A DNA stretch of 61,870 nt, the filler included, from Dugesia japonica (Eukaryota): NCBI GenBank assembly GCA_001938525.1. It is 6 parts of 6 records of this genome, joined end to end, with 100 filler letters (N's around TTAATTAATTAA, not from the genome) between each part and the next. Parts side by side here need not be neighbours in the genome. Positions count along the whole stretch, not along the records: positions 1 to 8,960 come from MQRL01632681.1; positions 9,061 to 18,863 come from MQRL01573146.1; 4 more parts are not named here. The stretch is one strand, 5' to 3'. The notes under the pieces are model-generated. The model saw only the letters and a program-made list of their open reading frames with translations, did no database searches and had not been told where the DNA came from. Both the position numbers and the translations under genes were made by a program. Shown in pieces: positions 1-10,619 of the stretch; the stretch's first letter is position 1, and the number at the start of each line of letters is the position of its first letter.

Positions 1-827
1 TTAAATATGTAAATTAAAAAAAGACAAAATTATCGAATTTCTTTCATTAATTTTCCCTAACGTAAATACTACAACAAATAAAATCAAGATATCTGTTTTA
101 AAATATTTCACTAAATGGAAAGTCAAATCAAATTCGAAAAAAAACTGTAAATTTNTTTTAACAAAACAAAGAACTAGTTATGAATGTCAAAAAATTTAAT
201 ATTTTAACTAAATAATAATCCTTATAAATAGTTTATTAAATTAATCATAAAAGGAAAATTATTGAATCAGAAATGGAATGTGAAATTGAATTAAAAATAG
301 AATATGCAAAAGAAAAATAATCAATATACATAATTCACCATGTATGTTTGTATGACTATAACGCTTCAATTAAACAAAATATTTAAAACATAAATTTTAA
401 GCTTATAAATTATAAGCATATAAATTTTAAGGATAAAAATTATAAACACTTCAACTAAATGAATTATTGAATTGAAGGAAACTGTGGATTTTCATTTAAA
501 AAAGTGGTTTTTAAAAATGTTTTTATTAAAAAAAATATGAAAAAGAAAAGATAAAATTAATTCTCTTCCATCATTTTTGACGGGTTACATCTAGTTTGTA
601 TATAAACAAAATAGATAAAAAAAACTCGGATTTAGAATTGAAATTTTATTTAAACGAATATTTAATATTTAATAGTATTTAATAATTAGATTATTTTTAT
701 TAATAAATATGTAAAATTTCTATTAATTATACATTACTTAAAATACTATTTCATATTTACCAAAATAAAATTGACATTAATTGAATATTAGAACAAATAC
801 AAAATTAAACTGTGAAATTATTTACAC

Positions 828-1025
828 CTTATAATCTGATCCTTTGGTAATATCAATAAATGCATTCGTCCATGAGGACATTTGAATATTATTGTTAGAT
901 TTAGAAGACCAAATTTCATCACTTTCACTGGAATCATTACACAGATGAAATATTGGAATTATTGAAAATGCACTCACCAAAGAACTGCATACTTCTTATT
1001 AACTCCAGCTCTTTTACTACAATCT
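828..1025 (-). CDS. Variable two-exon cassette 1 of a MAM-like gene (exons 978-1025 and 828-927)
   Basis: Canonical AG/GT boundaries and a 50-nt intron. Spliced: DCSKRAGVNKKYAVLC-ESDEIWSSKSNNNIQMSSWTNAFIDITKGSDYK, open frame. Confidence 0.85.
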
Positions 1026-1151
1026 CTACAATAGGTTAATTTTTATTAATAAATTGTTTTGATTTAAGTATTTAAATGAACACTTCAAGGAACCAAAAAA
1101 ATGTTTAGATTTAAAGAAAAACAAAATAAAGAAAAATTAAAAAATAATTAC

Positions 1152-1345
1152 TTTGAAATCAGACTTTGATTTTAATGTAACAAATGCAGAAATCCATTGA
1201 TTATATGAAGATGACGATTTATCTGACCATATTTCATCACTTTCACTGTATAATAAAGAGATTTATTATTGCCCTAAAACTAAAGATCTCTACATACCAT
1301 GTGACTGCGTACTTTTTTTTGTTGCCCACGTGTTTATTGCAATCA
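1152..1345 (-). CDS. Variable cassette 2 (exons 1298-1345 and 1152-1245)
   Basis: DCNKHVGNKKKYAVTC-ESDEIWSDKSSSSYNQWISAFVTLKSKSDFK; canonical splice sites, same phases as cassette 1. Confidence 0.85.
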
Positions 1346-2044
1346 CTGAAATGAATTTTTACATTTCTCAATTACTAACTAAATAAAGGAGGCTAGATAC
1401 CCAGCAGATATAATTTCATTTGCAATTTACTAGAAATTATGTTGAAGAATCATAAAAAGAAATAAATAAAATTGAGATTTAAAAATTTAATTACAAAAAA
1501 CTCCAAGCTTAACGATATGATGAATAATTATCAAATTTTCTAAAAAGTAAAAGCAATATTATTCAATTAAGTCAGTCATTTATAGTTTTTATTTACATTT
1601 TACTCTAGAAAAGAAATTATCAAAATTAAACTACCATCATAAAAAAATTAATTTAAAGTTTAACGAAAAGTATTGTTCTTAAATGATTACCAATATTTTA
1701 TTTAATAATTAAAATTTAAAAAATAATCACAATATATATTCGATTAAAACAAAGAAACCAAAATATTTTCTTTGTGTTTTTATTGGAGAAAAATGACCAA
1801 AAGACAGAAATCAAACATATGCAAAATATAATTATAGAATAAAACATTGAAATACTAATTTCAACAAATCTTAGCATTAAGAAATATAATTTTAAATTTG
1901 CAAATATTAAGAGTCTCTAAAAAAAGTTCATAAAAAAACATAACAGACAGTCTAAAATTTAAAAATATTTAATGATTTCACAATTCTACATGGTAATATG
2001 AGAAGAAGATCAATAGTAAAATTTTAATTTTTTATTTAAAAAAA

Positions 2045-2355
2045 ATGATTTAACGCAATTTAATATAAAATTGTATTGTAATATATTTCGACGGATCAAC
2101 CGTCATCATCAGACAAAATGAAAAATATGAGATTATTAAGTCTATATTATTCAAACAAAGATTTAAGCAATTTTACTGAATATTAGATAGAATAAAAATT
2201 CAAAGTTTTATAAAAAAATTTTAAACTTTGATAATATTCAGTATAATTACTCAAATCTTTGATTGAATAATCTTTTATTTTTTATTTTATCTAATGATGA
2301 AGGATGATTAGTCAAAAAATATCACAATAAAATTTCATTTTCAATGGCATTATTT
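2045..2355. repeat. Imperfect ~300-bp inverted repeat of two hammerhead-bearing (probably Penelope-like) 3' ends
   Basis: 2045-2210 aligns with the reverse complement of 2215-2355. Each arm carries a hammerhead-like motif pointing outward. Confidence 0.65.
2076..2116 (-). ncRNA. Minimal type I hammerhead ribozyme
   Basis: uugu-CUGAUGA-u-gacgg(uugau)ccguc-GAAA-uaua-UU-acaa: intact core, 5-bp stem II, self-complementary stem III region, stem I uugu/acaa. Confidence 0.8.
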
Positions 2356-2418
2356 AATATTTTCCAGACATTTGACTTTGTTTTACGCATATTTTTTGTA
2401 TTATTATATTAATAATGT

Positions 2419-2483
<65 letters not shown>

Positions 2484-2955
2484 NNNNNNNNNNNNNNNNN
2501 NNNNNNNNNNNNNNNNNNNNNNNNNNNNNNNNNATAGTATATTTTTAATGTTGCAAATCTTTCAGAGGAAATATAATATGAAATATAATATGATATATGA
2601 AATCACTGAAAACATATTTTACAATTCAAAGAGTAAATCAAATTTTAATCGTATTAAGTTTCAATAAAAGTTTCATTTTGAAGACGATTCACTTTATTTG
2701 TTAACTGTAGTTTCATTATCATTCAATGCTATTCACTTTATAAAAAAAGATTACATATAGTATTTTTAACCAGTTGGTATGAAATTTGAGATATTTTATA
2801 ATTATGACCCGTAAAATGGTTATCGATTTCTATTTTTAATATATTATAGTTATTATATACTGGATGTTTGATTTCAAAGAAAATAAAATTCTAAAAAAAT
2901 AGGTTTTCTCAACAAAATCTATTGAAAAAGAAAAATATAAATGAAAATATATATA

Positions 2956-3198
2956 CAGTAAGACCCCGCTTAACGGGAAAGATGCATTTCAAATTCTTAT
3001 AACCTAAATCGGGGTTCAATGCGTACATATGCATATATAAACCGTTTGCATCTTATAAATGTATATACATACATATAATACATGTATGAGCACAATTTGT
3101 ACATCAAAAAATAATTTCAGAAAATATTTTAAAAGCAAAACAAATTTACATCGAAAAAAATCACACTAAAAAAGGCAATGTTAAATGAGAAATTACTG
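2956..3198. mobile_element. pogo/Tc1-type MITE
   Basis: TA-flanked imperfect TIRs cagtaagaccccgcttaac ... gttaaatgagaaattactg. Confidence 0.5.
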
Positions 3199-3286
3199 TA
3201 TATTATAATTAAGTAATAATCAATAAAATATAAATGTTTTCGCTTCATATTTGTCAAAATGAAATCCAATAAAATGTTGTGTCTAC

Positions 3287-3490
3287 CTTAAAATCATTAG
3301 AACTCGGTAAATCAATCATTTGGGTTATCCATACAGATGATGAAATCTTGTTATCATCGCTACTAGTCCATATTTTATCGCTATCACTATATAAAGACGA
3401 TTTTTGTTTTAATTGTAAAATAATAAATTTAATAAAAATAACCAAATCAAAGATTGTTTAACTGAGCTTTTGTCTTTCTGTTGACAAGAC
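3287..3490 (-). CDS. Variable cassette 3 (exons 3443-3490 and 3287-3386)
   Basis: SCQQKDKSSVKQSLIC-DSDKIWTSSDDNKISSSVWITQMIDLPSSNDFK; canonical splice sites. Confidence 0.85.
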
Positions 3491-3619
3491 CTAAATATGA
3501 TAGCTATCGATAAAAGCAATAAAAGTACTATTTTATATTTCAAAATACCAGCAGAAAACCGAAAAATTTGTTCATATAAGAAATGAAAATAACAAAAAAA
3601 AATTAATGAAATGTGATAC

Positions 3620-3812
3620 CTTATAATCATTAGAACTATCAAGGGTTATTTGAGCCATATGCCATTTAGAAACAGATTCAATCGAAACCTGTTTAGAGGT
3701 CCAGATTTCATCACTATCACTGTAAAATATCTGATTTAATATTCACTTTCAGATTAACACTTACCAAGTCAAGGATTGTTTTTTATTACCTTTTACTTTA
3801 TTTTGACAAGCC
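3620..3812 (-). CDS. Variable cassette 4 (exons 3765-3812 and 3620-3719)
   Basis: ACQNKVKGNKKQSLTC-DSDEIWTSKQVSIESVSKWHMAQITLDSSNDYK. Confidence 0.85.
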
Positions 3813-3935
3813 CTAAAAACAATTTCATAGTAGTGTCAATCATCAACAATTATTTATCAAGCACACCGGATAGATACGCACACCAAATACATATTTTATG
3901 AGGTCAGAAATTTACATACATATATAAAAAGAAAC

Positions 3936-4155
3936 CTTATAATCTGTTGAAGAGGCCATAGTTAATTGAACTTCATTCCATTCATTTATTAAACGCTTTA
4001 AAACAACAGATTTTTCTTTTGACTTATCACTGCTCCACAACCGTAAACTATTGCTATTTAAATATTTACATAATATATATATATAACTATTCGCTAGTAA
4101 TGATTACCAGGACAATGTTTGCAATTCTGAATCACCTTGCTGATTTTTGCAAGCC
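3936..4155 (-). CDS. Variable cassette 5 (exons 4108-4155 and 3936-4053)
   Basis: ACKNQQGDSELQTLSC-NSLRLWSSDKSKEKSVVLKRLINEWNEVQLTMASSTDYK; carries a frame-preserving insertion. Confidence 0.8.
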
Positions 4156-4275
4156 CTAAAAATGGTCCAGTAGTAAAATGTGGTAAAAAATATAATTTAA
4201 TTTATATTAAGATAACAATCACCAAGTAAAGCACCAGAAGCAGATAATTAAAAAAAACCATTATGAAATTAATAC

Positions 4276-4363
4276 CTTGAAATCAATATCATTTTTAAGA
4301 TCAATTTTCGCAGATTTCCAAACAATTGATGGTTCATCACTGGACCATATTCTGTAGTTCTCA
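4276..4363 (-). CDS. Orphan second exon of a cassette
   Basis: ag|T-ENYRIWSSDEPSIVWKSAKIDLKNDIDFK|gt; no intact first exon immediately upstream. Confidence 0.7.
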
Positions 4364-4911
4364 CTTAAATCATTTCATATTAATATAATCATATTAAATA
4401 AACAAGACGGAAGTCACTTATCATGAAAAAGAATTATTTCTCAACATAAATAAAGTTTTAAAAATGATTTATTTATATTATTAAATTATTATAAAACGTA
4501 AAATTATATCATTCATCATACTTAAAAGAGAAAACTTAAGAATATCTTGTATTCACGTGACTCTAATTTAGTGTCACAACATTCTGAAGCTTTGGGAAAA
4601 ACTCGGTCAAATTAAGTAAATGTAATTAAAAAAAAGTTTCTTTAAAACAATTAATAAATTATAAGATAAAAATTTAAACAAAAAAGGNNNNNNNNNNNNN
4701 NNNNNNNNNNNNNNNNNNNNNNNNNNNNNNNNNNNNNNNNNNNNNNNNNNNNNNNNNNNNNNNNNNNNNNNNNNNNNNNNNNNNNNNNNNNNNNNNNNNN
4801 NNNNNNNNNNNNNNNNNNNNNNNNNNNNNNNNNNNNNNNNNNNNNNNNNNNNNNNNNNNNNNNNNNNNNNNNNNNNNNNNNNNNNNNNNNNNNNNNNNNN
4901 NNNNNNNNNNN

Positions 4912-4950
4912 GTTTTAAACGGACTATTTCCTCATAATAAGCGACAACCA
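4912..4950 (-). pseudogene. Broken first exon of a cassette (runs into an N gap)
   Basis: catatttag|T GGT TGT CGC TTA TTA TGA GGA AAT...: GCRLL*GN, with an in-frame stop. Confidence 0.5.
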
Positions 4951-5241
4951 CTAAATATGATATGAATATTAAATTCAAAAAAAAAACATTCTAAAATTTT
5001 CTGAAATTAAGAATACGAATTTGGTTTTATTAATTTAACAATTTTATTTTTCTATTAAATAAAATAATAAAAAACAGATTGATTTTGTATAATGAAAATA
5101 ATTTTTTATTAATACTAAAATAATAAAAATATCCATCCGTAAGGAGATTGTAAATAATCATGTAACGAATAAAAATATATTTATATATTTTAAATATAAA
5201 TATATTATATTTAATATTATTAAATATTATATAATATTTAC

Positions 5242-5290
5242 CAAGACAATGTTTCTAATTCGGAATTAATTTGCTGATTTTTTTCAAACT
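5242..5290 (-). pseudogene. Broken first exon, a recent duplicate of the cassette-5 first exon
   Basis: 5235-5385 aligns to 4100-4250 including the intron. The exon is 49 nt and its Cys codon has become TGA. Confidence 0.7.
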
Positions 5291-5827
5291 CTAAATGTGG
5301 TCCAGTAGTAAAATCTGATAACAAAAAATAGTTTAATTTATTCTAGATAACAATCACCAGATAAAAGACTAAAAGCAGCAATAAAATATCAATAAAACGT
5401 GGAAATTTAACAAAAAAAATATGATTATATTTACTGCTGAATTTGTTTTAATCATTTTGAAGAAATATCGTTCTATATAACAAAATGAAATATTGTCAGG
5501 TCTAATTTAGAGAAAATATGTTTTCATTAATAATCTCATTATAACAAAACTATTAGAACATAATGAGTGAAATTATGTTGTGAATGAATAAGACAATTTA
5601 TAAATTATATTTAAATTAACTTATAAACTGTCAAATGAAAATAAAGCTTATCGTGACATGAATAAAACGGATTTCATCAGCAAAAATCTTTAAAATATAA
5701 TATTTTAGTAAAAATAAATTAACATGTTTCATTTTTACCCACGAACAAGTATTATTTTATGAGATATTATTTAATAAAATTGAATACAATATTCATATCA
5801 TATTATCTTGTAAGTTATATTTCTAAC

Positions 5828-5875
5828 CAAGTAAAGGCCTGCTTTACGGCATCTCCAGAATGAGATTTACAAGAT
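5828..5875 (-). CDS. Orphan first exon of a cassette
   Basis: ag|A-SCKSHSGDAVKQAFT-TG|gt, 48 nt; partner exon not recognisable as intact. Confidence 0.7.
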
Positions 5876-5991
5876 CTAAATACAAGTGACATTGTAATTT
5901 AATTCAACGAAAATTAATAAATTTCCAAAAGCAGAACGGTTAATTTTATTTTGATTTAAAAAAATTAATAACAAATCTTTAAAAAAAACAC

Positions 5992-6194
5992 CTTAAAATC
6001 ATTTTGGACTGATATATCAACGTAAGCAGTATTCCAGCCATTATTAGTTGTTTCCGTCTTTTCACTTATCCATATTCGATAACTTTCACTACATGTGATA
6101 CAAAAAAACAGATAACATTTCATAAAGGAATAATTGCATCACTCACCATAGAAGAGCCTGCTTAACATCATTTCCTTCTTGTTTTTTACAAGAA
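5992..6194 (-). CDS. Variable cassette 6 (exons 6147-6194 and 5992-6088)
   Basis: SCKKQEGNDVKQALLC-ESYRIWISEKTETTNNGWNTAYVDISVQNDFK. Confidence 0.85.
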
Positions 6195-8333
6195 CTAATA
6201 TAAAAAAAACAAAGTCACGAAATATTTATGAAACGAAAAAAAATGAAATTGCCAAAAGCAGACAGAATTCGTTTTAATTTTTCCATTGAAAAAAAANNNN
6301 NNNNNNNNNNNNNNNNNNNNNNNNNNNNNNNNNNNNNNNNNNTATTATTGGAAAAATAAAAAGGTCTGTAAATTTTTAAGAATATTTGAAATAGAAACTC
6401 AAAATATCCACTGCGATTTTCATAGAAAATTTAATGGAAATTTGGAATTTTATTCTTCTCATAATTTAATTAAATACTTTTTAGATTGAAATCATTACAT
6501 ACATATAAAATATAATTTCAAATAATAGTGAGAGTTGTAAATTTAAAATTTAATTAAATTAAATAAAAGATATAAAATTAATGATTTAAAATAGAAAAAA
6601 TAATTTTTAGATAAATTTCGAATGTTTCCATTTTATGTATGATGAATAGATTTTTATTAAAATAACAGAAGATGACAAAATATTCAGAATAATGTTTTGT
6701 TTGAATATTGTAATTGTTGTGAGTTAGTTTTTTGAAGTATAAATTTGTGAATTATTTCGTTTTTTATAATAAATTCCTTAGATTTACAAAATAGCAAGTC
6801 TAACATAGCGATAATATGCTCATTTAAAAATTCTTTTGGAAGTATTATTTATTAATATGTCCATAAAAATACCATCTATATGTACAGTATAACTTTAAAC
6901 TGTAAATTATAATTGACAAAACAGTGGTTTACAAACGAGTGATATGTGAATATCCAAAGAATTCAAATATCTTGTTTCCAATTAAATTAATGATTGGAAG
7001 AACTTCAATGATATTAAGTATAAGTGAGATGGAAATCCGATGAAAAAAGTAAATAAATTAATGTAATGAAAATTAATCGAAAAATGTTGTCAATTTTTCG
7101 TGTTTTTCAATCATGTCTGAAGATTGGCATATTATAAAACATGATGTTTCTGGGGAAATTTTTTTTAAGAGAATTAAAAAATGAACTTGTTTCTCACAGC
7201 ATGCAATAAATTGATGATATTCCAGAGTAGATTAATTGGTTTTTAAACTCTATTGTTGAAATATTTGTTTATTTGTTATATAATTGAATGTTAATTATCC
7301 AAATAAAATGTCTGTTTAAATTTTCGTGGAAAACACTATTTAAAATATCTGTTATTACTGATTTCTAACTATTAAAATTTTGATTTTAAATATTAATTAA
7401 AATTGAAATAACAATATGTTAAATTTTAACATTTTAATTGGATTTTTTTAATCTTAACTTGTATATATTTTGATAATAATATCCAAATCAGAAAATTATG
7501 TTACTAATTTTTAAGCTTAAATAACTTATCCGTTTCTAATTAAAGACTTTCTCGACAGTTAATCAAAAAATATTTAAGTAAAAATCGTTCAGCCAGTTTT
7601 TTTTAAAAATTATTTTTTTTATTAATTTGTATTTAATTTAAAAATCTTTTCGAATTGAAACGAATTGTATTAATTCCAGTGAAATATTTTAAATTCTAAA
7701 ATCAAAGGTAATTAATTATTGAATACTCAAATAACCTAGACAAAACTGAATGTATTATAACATTATCGAGGAAATTATTAGAACATATTCAAAATATTTA
7801 ACTATCATTTTAAAATTAAAGATATTTTTGAAAATTAAGAAATAGAGTTATCTTTTACTGAAATAATAGAATTTTATGAATATGTCAATTGAATTTGAGC
7901 TTTAAAATAAGTAATGAAATATTTGAGATTAAAAAGAGTTACTACCGAGACAACTGGAAAATAGAAAACACATATTTTAGATATTTCTCGCATGATAATC
8001 ATGATCATTTTCAATTCATTTTTCTATAAATGTTAGATGGCAAAATATAAATTTTTATTTATTTTTAATTTCAGATTAAAAATTAATCATTTTCTAAAAC
8101 AAACTAATGAATGGGGCGAGGAATTTTGGCCGGTTTTAATTCCTCATTATNNNNNNNNNNNNNNNNNNNNNNNNNNNNNNNNNNNNNNNNNNNNNNNNNN
8201 NNNNNNNNNNNNNNNNNNNNNNNNNNNNNNNNNNNNNNNNNNNNNNNNNNNNNNNNNNNNNNNNNNNNNAATAAAGAAAAGTTAATTAATCAAAAAATTA
8301 TTTAATACTTTGTTTATTAAAAATTTATATAAC

Positions 8334-8525
8334 CTTGAAATCATTGTCAATGGTAATCGACACATGCACTTGATCCCATTTTCCAATACCCCTTCCCCCA
8401 CTGCTCCATATTTCAGCACTATCACTAAACCAACGAATAATAGGAAAATTACTAGCGAACCAGTCATTGATTACCAAGCCATAGTTTGTAATTTAGAATC
8501 GCCTAATTTCCGGAGTCTACAAGCA
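8334..8525 (-). CDS. Variable cassette 7 (exons 8475-8525 and 8334-8424)
   Basis: ACRLRKLGDSKLQTMAC-DSAEIWSSGGRGIGKWDQVHVSITIDNDFK; the most MAM-like copy (IW..G.G..W..V.V.I....F). Confidence 0.85.
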
Positions 8526-8665
8526 CTGAAGGGAATAAAAATTTTAATACACCCATCAAACGTAAATTCGACTACAAGGTATCTAAGCTACATGCTGAAC
8601 GGATATTTAATTTTAAAAAACAAAAACGAAATAAAAAAGTAGAAGTTTGACAAATAATAAACTAC

Positions 8666-8875
8666 CTTATAATCGGCTGTACTTTCAAGAGTTATGTAAA
8701 CATAATTCCAATTACTTTTTAAATCTTTATTAGTATTAGATTTCCAAATTTCAGAACTATCACTGAAAATATTATAAAATTGCTTTATTTTCACCAGAAA
8801 GTTTTAAACCAATGATATACCAACCATGTCAGAGATTGCAATTTTGCATCACCTCGATCTTCTTTACGACAAGAT
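8666..8875 (-). CDS. Variable cassette 8 (exons 8825-8875 and 8666-8762)
   Basis: SCRKEDRGDAKLQSLTC-DSSEIWKSNTNKDLKSNWNYVYITLESTADYK. Confidence 0.85.
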
Positions 8876-8960
8876 CTATAAAGAATCCCTATTAAAAATT
8901 TTACATCTCTTTTTGCAAACAAGGTACCAGAAAAACGGATTTTTAAATTTATAAATTTGT

Positions 8961-9060
8961 NNNNNNNNNNNNNNNNNNNNNNNNNNNNNNNNNNNNNNNN
9001 NNNNTTAATTAATTAANNNNNNNNNNNNNNNNNNNNNNNNNNNNNNNNNNNNNNNNNNNN
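8961..9060. other. Artificial contig linker
   Basis: 44 N + TTAATTAATTAA (stop codons in all six frames) + 44 N. Confidence 0.95.
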
Positions 9061-9202
9061 GGTTTATATACTAGTTGCAATTAACACACATACTCTCTAT
9101 ATGTAAGTTCCTATTGTTAATTATTACTATAATTGATATGATTGGTTATCGAGTTTAGAAAAAATAGGACTTGTGTTTTAAAATAAATTCACTCTTTACA
9201 AA

Positions 9203-9746
9203 ATGAATACTTGTGAAATTTTTTTTTTCGAAAGCACTGTCCAAGGAGAGGAACAGCTTGAAAATAACATTAACCATGAAGAAATAGAAAATATAATGGA
9301 AGTTAATGATAACAGAAAATCTATATTAATGAAGGAATAAATGAAGAGAAAAACTATTGAAGATGAAAAGATGGAAGATACATGTCATGGTGATGACTGT
9401 GATGGTGATGGCGGTTAATTTGAAATCGAAGACCAAAATTATGAAAATTATTATGGTAAAAGTTTAATTTATTATTGTTTTATTTAATTATTTTTTAGAA
9501 TTAGCGTTAGAGATATTACATGAAAATTTCCCAGACTTACTTCATGAATATATGTTGTTGATGATGATTGAATATTTTAAGCATTTATTGCAGAAAAAAG
9601 CAATAGATATTTTTCAAGTTATGGACAATTTCATCATAGAACTTCATTCGGGTTTCTTTTTCAATGAAAATAAGAACCATTATGAAGTCTTAAAAGATAC
9701 AATTTTGAAGATGACTGCAGAATATCGTAAAAAAATTTTTAATTAA
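9203..9746 (+). pseudogene. Two-exon acidic protein gene associated with Polinton DNA (intron 9456-9498)
   Basis: Exon 1 is E/D/N-rich and disrupted. Exon 2 reads ELALEILHENFPDLLHEYMLLMMIEYF...KKIFN*. A paralogue at 44540-45070 has the same intron position. Confidence 0.6.
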
Positions 9747-10164
9747 TAAATTTTATATTAATAAATGTTTTACCAGATAACTGTTTTCTTTTTTATAATT
9801 AGAAATAAATACGGTTTTTTTATAATACTTAGTAAACAAAAAATATTTTTTGAATAAATTAATTTATGATAACTAATTTTGCATGGTGACCTCTTATACA
9901 CGGTTAATATGCAAATAATATACTAATAAACCCTATGCAATCATGAAAATATTTTGTTCTCAGAAATATTCTCAACCAATAGGTTTTTTATTAAAAATTG
10001 CAACAGTAATGATACTTTTTATTAAAAATTGCAACAGTAATGATACTTTTTATTAAAAATTGCTTGTTTTATAGAAAATAACCTAGTTTTTTATGTTATG
10101 AAAAATTTTCTGTTTTTATCATCTTGTAAAGAAAAGTTTTAATTTGAATATTGTATCATGATAA

Positions 10165-10355
10165 TATCGCAAAGACTCCCCTCTTTGATTATTTTTAATA
10201 GTTATATTTTTATCATTTAAATATCACAAAGACTCCCCTCTGTGAACTTTTTTGATATATTTGTCAAAACAGCATCACACAGACTCCCATCTTTGAACTT
10301 TTTTTTGATATATTTTATCATGTAAATATCACAAAGACTCCCTTCTTTGAACTTT
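10165..10355. repeat. Degenerate ~55-bp tandem repeat x4
   Basis: Recurrent core atatc(a/g)caaagactcccctct(t/g)tgaacttttt. Confidence 0.7.
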
Positions 10356-10619
10356 TTTGATAGATATATTTTAGACTATCCAATATCTTGCAATAATATC
10401 AAAAACTATCAAGACCACCTCAATGTTTTAATACTGAATGCAATATGAATGCAATATGAATGCAATACAGCAACACGTGCCTGTAAATTTATTGATTTTT
10501 TTTATAATGCAATATGTATGCAAGTCAAATACCACTAGAATGCAACACACATACACTGAAAATTTCGTGCCTCGGAATTTTTTATTGCTAAAGGCAATAA
10601 GTATGCATCTCAGATTCAA

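Noticed and set aside
2560-2815. Additional decayed cassette(s) (also ~5640-5690)
   Set aside because: Only faint splice-site and motif resemblance with stops; not alignable by eye.
8033-8150. Possible plus-strand exon (LKINHFLKQTNEWGEEFWPVLIPHY) nested in the array
   Set aside because: It runs into a gap, and I recognise no homology or partner exons.
8310-8642. 110-aa plus-strand ORF
   Set aside because: Antisense shadow of cassette 7; no independent support.
828-8940. One protein with tandem three-exon repeats (a linker exon in each spacer)
   Set aside because: Most spacers lack a usable AG/GT pair, and two have no internal AG. The only candidate (LRYLVVEFTFDG at ~8553-8587) would need a 27-nt intron and has no counterpart elsewhere.
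9005-9016. Periodic TTAATTAATTAA as a biological motif
   Set aside because: Always centred in exactly 44+44 N, so it is an assembly linker.
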